Shown: piece after piece, positions 15,708 through 24,000 of the stretch | Numbering within the stretch: position 1 is the first letter of the stretch | Layout: every line of letters starts with the position of its first letter | Source of the DNA: an archaeon GW2011_AR15 | Lineage (GTDB): Archaea > Nanobdellota > Nanobdellia > Woesearchaeales > GW2011-AR15 | Direction of reading: 5' to 3' | Length of the DNA: 24,000 nucleotides | Assembly (NCBI GenBank): GCA_000830295.1 | Contig: CP010425.1 | Coordinates: forward strand, 603,308 to 627,307 | Translations under genes and position numbers: made by a program | The notes under the pieces: model-generated | Seen by the model: only the letters and a program-made list of their open reading frames with translations | The model's database searches: none | Told to the model about the DNA's origin: nothing

Positions 15708-18700
15708 TTAGCTAGTTTCCCTCGTTATCGTGAAACTGTCCACAACATTGCCATTCAGGGTCTTGAATTCCCCTTTTGCCTTTGTTGTATCCCCGCCTAC
15801 GTTAAATGTTATGAACAATGCTCCGTAGTTGAAGTTGCTTACAACATTTGTTGTGCAGGATTTGACCTGCTGGATGCCGTTGGTCATGTGGTAGTTGTTT
15901 GAGAATATGCTTGCCCACCATGTATCTGAGTCATGCAGTGCACAGCTGTAGTTTCCAAGGCTGTTCCCTCCAAGCCCTGAGACGACAGTGAATGATTTTC
16001 CGTCTCCAAGTGTCAGCTGGCCAGGCTCGCCTGCTGTTACTATAGGCCCGTCATCAGGCAGGCTTGTGATTGTCCTTGTCCTGGCATAATTACCATCGTA
16101 TCCTGTAACTATTATAGCGCCTTCATCAAGGCATTTCTGGTAGTATTTTCTTCCCAGAGTGTCTGCATCGAGCTTGCTTCCTACCCTCAGGTCATGGTTG
16201 CTCTTGTGGAATACGCAGATGTTCCATGGCTTGTCTGAGGCTGCGAGCTCTTCTGCTATGAATTCCTCGTGCCCGCTTTCTTCAAATGAAGTGCCTACTC
16301 CGGACATCACAAGCAGAATATCCTGGAATCTGCATGTTCCCTTGTTGCCGAATGCCCCTTCGCAGTCCATATCAACAATCCTGCTGTTCCTTGTATCTAA
16401 GATAACCCTGTAGTTTGCCCAGTCTGCAGCATCACTGGCCCCTACTACGCCGGCATATGCAAAGCCAGGGTCAAGGCTTGTGTTTATCATTGTCTCCCAT
16501 TGTGCGGGAGTTGAGCCCATGCCGAGGTTTCCGGCATGCACTATCATCACAGCGCCTTCCTGCCTTGTGAAATTAAGCAGAGTCTTTGCATTGGCTCCTA
16601 TCCCCTGATTGGCTATGAAGGCAACTTTTATCTCGGCAGGAGGCTCTTCCGGAGTAAATTCGCATTCTGTATCAAGATATTTTTCTCCTGCCTCGCACAA
16701 CAATTCTTTGAACGCATTGCTGTATGCAAGCTGGTTTCTTACAGTCTTTATTGTCTCTGTTTCGCCGCCAAGCGCAAGCCATGGCGAGAATATAATGCCG
16801 TCGAAATTATCCTGTCCGAGTACCCTTTCCCCAACACCAGTAACCCATTCCGCGTCCGGCATATCATGCGTTGCATCCTTGAATACTTTTACAACAGGAA
16901 TTACTTTTACTTCTGAGAACTTGTCCTTTATATCTGCTGCAAGCCCATCCTGGTTGTCAAAGAAATTATCATTTTCTTCATTTGGCAGCCTTTCATTGTC
17001 GATATTGAAAAGTGCTATATCGAAGAACTGCTTATCAGCAGCATTGACAAGCTGTTTTGCGCATGTCAGGTTGCCGAATCCCATTATAACTGGGGTTTCC
17101 TCATTCTTTTTCCTGAATTCATCATACAGCTTTGTAAGGTTGGCTGCATTTGCATCCCAGTTGCAGACGTCGTCTATTATCCAGTAGCCCAATATTGCAT
17201 CATCTGCTATTGCATTCCCGAAATCAACTTTTGTGAAGTCAATCTTATTGTTTTTCCTGAACTTGGTATCATCTAGTTTAAAGAATAGGCCAAGGTCCCC
17301 TGCTTCATCAAGGGCAGCCTCAATCTGCCCCTTTGTCCTGTTATTAAGCCCGACAGCAAATGCGCCAAACCCTTCAATCAGCTCGAAATCGCTTGGCAGG
17401 GCATTGAATATTCCCACTATTGAACCGCTTTCAACAGGCTCCTCATTTTCAGGCACACATTTTTTGTTTACGCATATATCCCCTTCCTTGCAGTCGTCAT
17501 CATCTTCACAGGTATTTTTCATATCCAGCAGATGCTCTATCTGGTTAAGCTTGAAGTACAGCTGGTTGTACCCGTCTATTTCCTGGCTCAGTGTTCCAAG
17601 CACATAGCAGCTTCCGTCATCTCTCTGTGCAAGTTTTGTAAATGTTATTGTACCAGATGATAAGTCTCCGAATGCATCGCACATCTGTGTGTCCCTTGTG
17701 TCAACTGTCCTGTCCAGTGTTGCTGTCTGCGGAAGGTTGACAGACACGCCATCGCATGAGTTCTTTAGTCCGCCGGTGTAGCATGGGATATTGCCCCCGC
17801 CACCGCCTCCTCCACCCCCATTGCTTCCGTTAGTGCCAGGGATAGGAACTGGTGGGTATGGAACACCACCCCCGCCACCCCCAATAGGTGGAACAGGAGC
17901 GCACACATCAGGAGTAGAAGCACACTGATCAGCACAATACGTGCAGTCGCTTGGTGCATCGCAGGTATCAGGCTTTTCATCGCATAAAGCAAGAGCTTCT
18001 TCCCTGTTTTCATCAATTATAAGGCAGCTGTAAGCAACTGCAGCGGCACTATAACCTAGAGTAGTTTCTCCCTCAGTCTCTTCTTCCTCTGAACTGGATG
18101 TAGCTAGGCAGGCTTGCTGATCATTAGACCAATATCCTCCGGCTCCAGTGCATTCAACACTGTTTTCGCATAAACTCAGGTGGGCAGCATCACACTCAAA
18201 AAATGTTGGTTGGTCGCATGAGGAACATCCACGCTCAAAGGCACCCCAGCTAGGGCAATCTCGCCAGCAGATTAAGCCGTCTACACATACATGTTGATTA
18301 TTCTTTGGCCATCCCTCACACCACACTGCACCTTCTCCTGAACAGGTTTCACCATTCTTCATAAAAAACCCATCAGGACAAACACCTTGCTCATCTACAA
18401 CACATTGCCCACTTGACTGGTCACAAGTCTCTCCGTCTTTACTGCAGTCATACCCATACATCTGACCGTTGCTGCAATATGTTGAGGCTGCGCTACTTGA
18501 GCATGAGAAGGCATCATTATTAGTGCATGTTTGTCCTTGCAACAATTCATAATTTCTCCCATCTATTACTGGGTTTCCAGTGATATCAGTAATTGTATTT
18601 CCAGTAACTGCAGTCACCCCCCCCGTTGGAGGTAAATTATTCAGTGGGTTGTTTTCTCCACAGAACTCATCACACTGGTCGCTCTCCTGCCATTTGCCGT

Positions 18701-20693
18701 TGATACAAACCTCGCAACTCTCTCCCTCCTGCTTCAATACGCCTTCAAATGTGTATGGACATACTCCTTCACCAAGATCAAAGCATCTTTCACTTGACGT
18801 CCATTCCAGTGCATATGGACTGTCTTCTTCAGCTCCATCATTTTTCATACACTCCATGCAGCTGCCCCTTATGAAGTCGAGTGCACCTTCATTATCACAG
18901 TAATATTTTGCCTCTACAACACCAATTCCTTCTAAATCTACAACAGCATTTGCCTGCAGGCATGCCTCTGCATTCCCTTCAGCGTTCACTACTTCTATTC
19001 CGAAAGTTACTTTAGTATCAACAATTTCGATTTCAGAAACAGGAGTGGCCGATTTATCACTGGGGATTATATAACACTCATCTCCTTCAGTACATTTATA
19101 TGGTGCTATAGTAGCAGTAATCTTGTCGGTCTTTGCTACGACTTTAGCAACACCCTCCGGTATCTCAACAGCCCTTTCAGTTACTGTTGCTATGGACTCA
19201 GCACTGACACAAGAATTCCCGCCTTTCTTAAATTCTACAGTATATTTGCCTGTCCCCTCAAGCTGCTGATCATCACCAGGAACCCCCCACGATGCAGGAA
19301 ATGGTTCTTCTGGTGTGGTTATAGAGCTGTAATCCTGTGGCTTATATGTTTCATAAAGATAATAATAGGGGTTACAGAGACAGTCATATGTCCATCCCTT
19401 GAGTACACCATTTTCTATAATTTCTCCGGTTCTGGAACAGCTATTTAATGTCCCGATTGGTTTACAGGCTGCCTCAGCATCATCTGCAATTGCTGGATCT
19501 ACAGGTTTGACTTCGGGTGGAGGAAGAGTCTGTCCAGGCTCGGCGTCCAAAGTTACCTCAACAGTAAAATCCTCCTCAGAATAGCCTGCCCTTATTAATG
19601 CAGGTATATCTTCTATTACAGCAGGTTCTGCATCAAAGCATTGTGGCACTGCTCCAATCCCAATCCCTGTCTCAATTTCCTGAACAGTCGTTGTATAGGG
19701 TCTTGATACTGCAGTTGGAGTCCCATACTTAAAATGATCAACCCATATATCCTGGCAGTTGGCACAGTCCTGCATCACGAGTGTAGGAGTTATTATTGTT
19801 GCTGATGCTTCTGCATCATCGCAGTAGCTGACAGTAGCCAGCTGTGAGAAATGTGTTGTATAGGCAGTTATCCTGTTCTTTGCCCTGTCAACTTCTGTCG
19901 GAAGGCCGACCCAGACACCAATTTCATTATCAAAATATCCCAATCTCAGGGAATCCTCTGCAATAGTTATTGGAATGTCCCTGTCGTCATAAACGAATGT
20001 AACTTTTACTGGCTTCGAGAATTCAGCCCCGTGAGGGACTCCTGAGAATGCAAGCATGCCTGCCAGTACGCTGTTGTCAAGCCCGTTGAATCCCCTGTCA
20101 AGCAATTTCAGCCCGACTTCATCAACCTGCTTTCCGTCAACAGTTACTCTTGTTCCTGCAGGGACTTCAAGCACCATTGAGCCGTCAGCAGAAACAACTC
20201 GTGTCACGCTGCCGAAATTCAGCTCCTCTGTGACTTCCCTTGGGAAAGTGTATGTCTGCTCCTTGAAATTTATTACTGTGCTGTCTTTTGTAAATGTAAC
20301 AGGATAATCAATATCAGCTACAAGCGCATCCCTTGTTATCTCAACGCCCACAAACAAATTGCCTTCAGCAACATCAAATCCCTGCTGCCTGAAATTCCTG
20401 AAGCCGTTGAAACAGACAGGAAGGCTGTTCTGCAGATAGCTCTTTATCAGGGGAGTTGAATAGACCATGTGCAGCCCGTATCTCTTTTCTCCCTCGATAA
20501 CAGAGCTCTGCACACACGCTTTTATGAAAGCATCCAGAGAGGCCTGTGTTGCAGGAAGGTTTGCAAGGTCTTCTGATTCCCCTTCAAGTGCACTCTCAAC
20601 ACTGGCGTTCTTGATGATAAAGAAACTGGCGATGATGATTACTATCAATAAACCGATAATTGCAAAAATAGATGCCTGCGACCTCTTCCCCAC
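15708..20693 (-). CDS. Giant (1661 aa) membrane-anchored extracellular Cys-rich protein with C-terminal degenerate metallophosphatase-like domain
   Basis: An uninterrupted 4986-nt ORF. The only start before the N-terminal hydrophobic helix is GTG at 20691-20693, since an in-frame TAG lies 5 codons upstream. N-terminus: MGKRSQASIFAIIGLLIVIIIASFFII. I count 66 Cys in total by hand. Gly/Pro tracts are present. The C-terminal region of about 300 aa aligns by eye with purple acid phosphatase-type metallophosphoesterases. Confidence 0.85.
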   Translation of the reverse strand: MGKRSQASIFAIIGLLIVIIIASFFIIKNASVESALEGESEDLANLPATQASLDAFIKACVQSSVIEGEKRYGLHMVYSTPLIKSYLQNSLPVCFNGFRNFRQQGFDVAEGNLFVGVEITRDALVADIDYPVTFTKDSTVINFKEQTYTFPREVTEELNFGSVTRVVSADGSMVLEVPAGTRVTVDGKQVDEVGLKLLDRGFNGLDNSVLAGMLAFSGVPHGAEFSKPVKVTFVYDDRDIPITIAEDSLRLGYFDNEIGVWVGLPTEVDRAKNRITAYTTHFSQLATVSYCDDAEASATIITPTLVMQDCANCQDIWVDHFKYGTPTAVSRPYTTTVQEIETGIGIGAVPQCFDAEPAVIEDIPALIRAGYSEEDFTVEVTLDAEPGQTLPPPEVKPVDPAIADDAEAACKPIGTLNSCSRTGEIIENGVLKGWTYDCLCNPYYYLYETYKPQDYSSITTPEEPFPASWGVPGDDQQLEGTGKYTVEFKKGGNSCVSAESIATVTERAVEIPEGVAKVVAKTDKITATIAPYKCTEGDECYIIPSDKSATPVSEIEIVDTKVTFGIEVVNAEGNAEACLQANAVVDLEGIGVVEAKYYCDNEGALDFIRGSCMECMKNDGAEEDSPYALEWTSSERCFDLGEGVCPYTFEGVLKQEGESCEVCINGKWQESDQCDEFCGENNPLNNLPPTGGVTAVTGNTITDITGNPVIDGRNYELLQGQTCTNNDAFSCSSSAASTYCSNGQMYGYDCSKDGETCDQSSGQCVVDEQGVCPDGFFMKNGETCSGEGAVWCEGWPKNNQHVCVDGLICWRDCPSWGAFERGCSSCDQPTFFECDAAHLSLCENSVECTGAGGYWSNDQQACLATSSSEEEETEGETTLGYSAAAVAYSCLIIDENREEALALCDEKPDTCDAPSDCTYCADQCASTPDVCAPVPPIGGGGGGVPYPPVPIPGTNGSNGGGGGGGGGNIPCYTGGLKNSCDGVSVNLPQTATLDRTVDTRDTQMCDAFGDLSSGTITFTKLAQRDDGSCYVLGTLSQEIDGYNQLYFKLNQIEHLLDMKNTCEDDDDCKEGDICVNKKCVPENEEPVESGSIVGIFNALPSDFELIEGFGAFAVGLNNRTKGQIEAALDEAGDLGLFFKLDDTKFRKNNKIDFTKVDFGNAIADDAILGYWIIDDVCNWDANAANLTKLYDEFRKKNEETPVIMGFGNLTCAKQLVNAADKQFFDIALFNIDNERLPNEENDNFFDNQDGLAADIKDKFSEVKVIPVVKVFKDATHDMPDAEWVTGVGERVLGQDNFDGIIFSPWLALGGETETIKTVRNQLAYSNAFKELLCEAGEKYLDTECEFTPEEPPAEIKVAFIANQGIGANAKTLLNFTRQEGAVMIVHAGNLGMGSTPAQWETMINTSLDPGFAYAGVVGASDAADWANYRVILDTRNSRIVDMDCEGAFGNKGTCRFQDILLVMSGVGTSFEESGHEEFIAEELAASDKPWNICVFHKSNHDLRVGSKLDADTLGRKYYQKCLDEGAIIVTGYDGNYARTRTITSLPDDGPIVTAGEPGQLTLGDGKSFTVVSGLGGNSLGNYSCALHDSDTWWASIFSNNYHMTNGIQQVKSCTTNVVSNFNYGALFITFNVGGDTTKAKGEFKTLNGNVVDSFTITRETS

Positions 20694-20789
20694 TTTTTTT
20701 CCCTTTATCTAAATTTTTTAATGCAGGGTAGTATATATATTTTATCATCAATCAGAGAGCAAAACTTTATATATGATTATCAGGATTAA

Positions 20790-22127
20790 ATGGTGATGAT
20801 TGAAATCACAGCAGTCGGCGGCTATTCTGAAGTAGGAAAAAACATGACAGCTGTGAAATACAAAGATGATGTTGTGATTCTGGACATGGGGCTTCACATG
20901 GAGACTTATATCAACCTTGAGGATGATGACGATGATGATTCTCACAGCCTGAGGGACCTGACGAACACAGGTGCAGTCCCTGATGATTCTGTTATTGAAA
21001 ATCTTAAGAAAAAAGTTGTTGCGATCGTGCCCAGCCACGGTCATCTGGATCACATAGGAGCAATACCCTTCCTGGCGCAGAATTACAACGCCCCGGTTAT
21101 ATGCACACCATATACAGCAGCAGTGCTCAGGGCAGTAGTAGCGGATAAAAAAATACCCTTCTCAAATGAGATAGTTGCAATGGAATTTGGGAGGAAGATG
21201 AAACTTTCTGATTCAATAACAATCGAATTTGTCAATGTCACGCACAGCATTCCCCATACAGCTATTGTTGTGATACATACCCCTGACGGCAAAGTAGTTT
21301 ATGCAAATGACTTTAAGCTTGATGAAACCCCGACATTCGGAGAAAAGACAGACTACAAAAAGCTGAAAGAATTAAGCGGAAGGAATGTCAAGGTCCTGAT
21401 ACTTGATTCGCTGTATGCAGGTACTGACAGGAAAACTCCTTCTGAAAGCGTTGCAAGAGACATGCTGAAGGAGGTCATGCTGAACACCGACACGAAAGGG
21501 AAAGCAGTGATAATATCAACTTTTTCATCCCACATAGCAAGACTGAAATCAATAGTCGAGTTTGGAAAAAAGATGAAAAGGAAGATAATATTCATGGGCC
21601 GCAGCCTGGCCAAGTATGTGGCTGCTGCTGAAAGCATAGGCCTTGCCAAATTCTCGCCCTCTGTTGAGATCTGCGCCTATAAGAAGCAGATGAAGAAGCC
21701 GCTCATGAAAGTTGAGAAAGACGGAAGGGACAAATACCTTATAGTATGCACAGGCCATCAGGGAGAGCCCACGGCAGTGCTTACCAGGCTGGCAGATGAT
21801 AAAATTGGGTTCAGCCTGCAGAGGAATGACCATGTGATTTTCTCGTGCACAGTAATTCCCACAGAAACCAACAGGAAAAACAGGGCATCCCTTGAAAAAA
21901 GGCTCTTGAGGTATGGTGTAATCATATTCAGGGATGTCCATGAGTCAGGCCATGCCAGCAGGCAGGACCATAAAGAGCTTATTGAACTGCTCCAGCCTGA
22001 GCACATAATACCGGCGCACGCAGGCCATGACAAGACAAAGCACATGATTTCACTGGCTGAAGAGCTCGGCTACAAAAGAAATAAGACAGTGCATGAGATG
22101 AAGGACGGAAAGACAATTATGTTATAG
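20790..22127 (+). CDS. rnj: Ribonuclease J (archaeal beta-CASP metallo-beta-lactamase RNase)
   Basis: N-terminus IEITAVGGYSEVGKNMTAV; MBL motif HGHLDHIG; C-terminal HESGHASRQDH...IPAHAG. 445 aa. The start may instead be ATG 20796 (MIEIT...), which better fits the TATA-like TTTATATA at 20766-20773. Confidence 0.9.
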   Translation: MVMIEITAVGGYSEVGKNMTAVKYKDDVVILDMGLHMETYINLEDDDDDDSHSLRDLTNTGAVPDDSVIENLKKKVVAIVPSHGHLDHIGAIPFLAQNYNAPVICTPYTAAVLRAVVADKKIPFSNEIVAMEFGRKMKLSDSITIEFVNVTHSIPHTAIVVIHTPDGKVVYANDFKLDETPTFGEKTDYKKLKELSGRNVKVLILDSLYAGTDRKTPSESVARDMLKEVMLNTDTKGKAVIISTFSSHIARLKSIVEFGKKMKRKIIFMGRSLAKYVAAAESIGLAKFSPSVEICAYKKQMKKPLMKVEKDGRDKYLIVCTGHQGEPTAVLTRLADDKIGFSLQRNDHVIFSCTVIPTETNRKNRASLEKRLLRYGVIIFRDVHESGHASRQDHKELIELLQPEHIIPAHAGHDKTKHMISLAEELGYKRNKTVHEMKDGKTIML

Positions 22128-22694
22128 TGCAGTTATAATTCCAGCTACCCCTTTCGCAATCATTTCTATTGCAACAGCAGTTACAAACAATCCCATTATC
22201 TTTGAGGCTATGCTGACAATCTTTATGTTGACTTTAGGGACTATCAATGAGAACAGGAAGAAAACTATGCCGACAAGCAGGAATCCTGCGACAACATTCG
22301 ATATAAGTGCAGTAGTCCCCATTTCATAGGATTTTATTGTGAGGAAAGAAATTGTTGCAGGCCCTGTAAGCAAAGGGGTTGCTATAATTGTTGTAATCCC
22401 GTCATTGCCTGTTTCTTCCTCTTCCTCTTCTCCCCGCCTTACCATATCTATTCCGAGAACAAACAGGACAACCCCGCCGGCAACCCTGAAAGAGTCAAGG
22501 GTTATGCCGAACAGGCTGAATAGGAAGGGCCCAATCAGGACCATTATAATGGCTATCACGAAAGCTGCAATTACTGATTTTACTGCAACCATCTTCACAT
22601 CCAGCTTTTCCTTGTAAGCCTGAAGCAAAAAAGGGAAGGATGCAATAGGGTTGAGCAGTACAAACAGCTGCGTTATCAGCGTGAAATCGACCAT
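22122..22694 (-). CDS. MarC-family (UPF0056) integral membrane protein
   Basis: ATG at 22694. N-terminal LFVLLNPIASFPFLL motif, 6 predicted TM helices and a central acidic loop RRGEEEEEETG. 190 aa. The 3' end overlaps rnj by 6 nt (convergent). Confidence 0.8.
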   Translation of the reverse strand: MVDFTLITQLFVLLNPIASFPFLLQAYKEKLDVKMVAVKSVIAAFVIAIIMVLIGPFLFSLFGITLDSFRVAGGVVLFVLGIDMVRRGEEEEEETGNDGITTIIATPLLTGPATISFLTIKSYEMGTTALISNVVAGFLLVGIVFFLFSLIVPKVNIKIVSIASKIMGLFVTAVAIEMIAKGVAGIITAL

Positions 22695-22801
22695 GGTTAA
22701 AATTATTCACGGGGTGTTTATAAGTTTATTGATTGCGCTTTCCTTATCGTAACCTTTATAAATTGTTTCCATATCCAGATGTCCAAGGGGGATAGTTAAA
22801 A

Positions 22802-23545
22802 ATGAAATTAACACTTGCTGATTCAAGACTTCTAAAAGACAGTGTATCAATAATATCAGACCTTGTCACAGAGGCAAGGTTCACATTTGGCAAAGACTCC
22901 ATTGACCTTGTTGCCATGGACCCTGCAAATGTCGCAATGGTAATATTCAAGCTTCTCAGCTCAGGGTTCACTGAATATGATTTGAAGAAAGAAGTCAAGG
23001 TTGCACTCAACCTTAACAACCTGAAGCAGGTCCTGAAAAGAGCCAACCCTGTAGATATAATCACACTTGAGCTTGAGGAAAACAAATTCAAGATAACAAT
23101 AAAGTCAGGCACAACAAGGACATTCTATCTTCCGATAATTGAGCTTGACGAAAAAGAGCAGAAGATTCCCTCTCTGAACTTCCCGCTTTCAATAAAGACA
23201 AGCACAACGCTTCTCAATGAGGCAATTGAGGACGTCTCAATTGTTGCAGAGTCTGTCAAGTTCATTGCAGATGACAAGAAATTCACAGTATCTGCAGAAG
23301 GCGACCTGTCAAAGGCAAAAGTTGAAATCCCTGCAGATGATAATACTGTCATCACAAAGGAGGGCGAGGAAGTCCTCAAGGCAAAATACTCGATTGAATA
23401 CCTGAAGAAGATGATACAGGCCAGCAAGCTCTGCGCTGACGTGTACATAAGATTCAACACAGATTACCCTCTGAGGCTGGAGTACAAGGCAACAGACAAG
23501 CTGATGCTTTCATTCATACTTGCGCCAAGAGTGGATAATGATTAG
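22802..23545 (+). CDS. pcn: DNA polymerase sliding clamp (PCNA)
   Basis: 247 aa. The N-terminus (MKLTLADSRLLKDSVSIISDLVTEARFTFGKDSIDLVAMDPANVAMV) and C-terminus (LSFILAPRVDND) are typical of archaeal PCNA. A TATA-like CTTTATAAATT lies about 40 nt upstream, and a purine-rich AAGGGGGA lies before the ATG. Confidence 0.93.
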   Translation: MKLTLADSRLLKDSVSIISDLVTEARFTFGKDSIDLVAMDPANVAMVIFKLLSSGFTEYDLKKEVKVALNLNNLKQVLKRANPVDIITLELEENKFKITIKSGTTRTFYLPIIELDEKEQKIPSLNFPLSIKTSTTLLNEAIEDVSIVAESVKFIADDKKFTVSAEGDLSKAKVEIPADDNTVITKEGEEVLKAKYSIEYLKKMIQASKLCADVYIRFNTDYPLRLEYKATDKLMLSFILAPRVDND

Positions 23546-23565
23546 CAAGGCAGACGGGAGTTATT

Positions 23566-24000
23566 CTATAATTTCATTCCAACTAAAGTAAATTGTCCTG
23601 CTGCAGCAAATTCCATCATTACCTGGAAAAGTCTTGCCCCAAGATAAGGATTTCCGTTTGGATCCAAACAGACGACTTTAACCTTTCTCCCTTCGACACC
23701 ATCATTAGGCTGCGCAGCCAGCAAACCAATATTTCCGGGCCGGGTAGTTCTGACAAGCCTTATCTCAACTATGCCATAGAGAAAATCCTCTTTATGCCTT
23801 GTCTGGAAACTTTCAATAAAACATTTATATGACGCGATGTGATTTGGATTTCCTGTTCCAAGTACAGGGTCATTTTTTAATGCGAGGAAAAATCGTACAT
23901 GGTCTTTCGTCTTCAGAAGTTCCTGTTGCTCCCTTTGCAATTCAGTTTTCCATTCACTTTCAGTTTTACCTCTTAAAAAGACATTTTTATAGAACTTAAA
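23566..24000 (-). CDS. Hypothetical protein, 5'-partial (runs off the window end)
   Basis: The track starts it at TTG 23940, but the frame stays open to nt 24000 (…FKFYKNVFLRGKTESEWKTELQREQQ…). I recognise no motif. Confidence 0.55.
   Translation of the reverse strand, partial: FKFYKNVFLRGKTESEWKTELQREQQELLKTKDHVRFFLALKNDPVLGTGNPNHIASYKCFIESFQTRHKEDFLYGIVEIRLVRTTRPGNIGLLAAQPNDGVEGRKVKVVCLDPNGNPYLGARLFQVMMEFAAAGQFTLVGMKL

Noticed and set aside
17790-17888. A G-quadruplex on the coding strand of the poly-Gly tract.
   Set aside because: Four G5 runs exist, but they are split into two pairs by a loop of about 45 nt. This is explained more simply by Gly (GGN) codon usage.
16159-20712. Multiple plus-strand ORFs (up to 192 aa) inside the giant gene.
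   Set aside because: They are shadow ORFs opposite an uninterrupted 4986-nt reading frame, and their translations are Ser/Leu/Phe-rich.
20916-20940. Asp-run (EDDDDDDSH) in RNase J encoded by GAT/GAC repeats.
   Set aside because: It falls in a loop that is variable and acidic in archaeal RNase J as I recall it, followed by the conserved SL..L...GAVPDD. It is not an obvious insertion.

Overview
Gene-dense archaeal chromosomal segment of roughly 40-48% GC, judged by eye. The archaeal assignment rests on PCNA, archaeal MBF1, archaeal-type RNase J, Ogg2-type glycosylase, tRNA introns with bulge-helix-bulge (BHB) junctions, TATA-driven apparently leaderless genes and oligo-T terminators. A small-genome, DPANN-like lineage is only an inference. 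I support 23 protein-coding genes. These are a partial heavily N-glycosylation-sequon-rich surface protein, MBF1, a THUMP RNA methyltransferase, GyrA, and a four-gene MacB/FtsX-type ABC operon with an anchored extracellular CARDB-like protein. They also include a 47-aa zinc ribbon missing from the ORF track, a winged-helix protein, Ogg, a CPDase-family 2H phosphoesterase, RNase J, MarC, PCNA and several hypotheticals. There are three tRNAs: Arg-CCU, Gly-CCC with an 80-nt intron, and Leu-CAA with a 43-nt intron. I saw no CRISPR array, IS element, integrase or rRNA. Two things stand out. (1) Both free-standing tRNA genes (Arg, Leu) share a promoter-like box placed to start transcription 47-100 nt upstream of the mature 5' end. 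That predicted start sits exactly on a copy of the tRNA's own 5' acceptor strand, and the leader folds as a collapsed minihelix of the downstream tRNA. (2) A GTG-initiated 1661-aa membrane-anchored extracellular giant protein has about 54 Cys in its core, poly-Gly/Pro tracts, and a C-terminal purple-acid-phosphatase-like domain in which nearly all metal ligands are substituted. All homology calls come from motif recognition by eye and recollection of family consensus; no searches were run.
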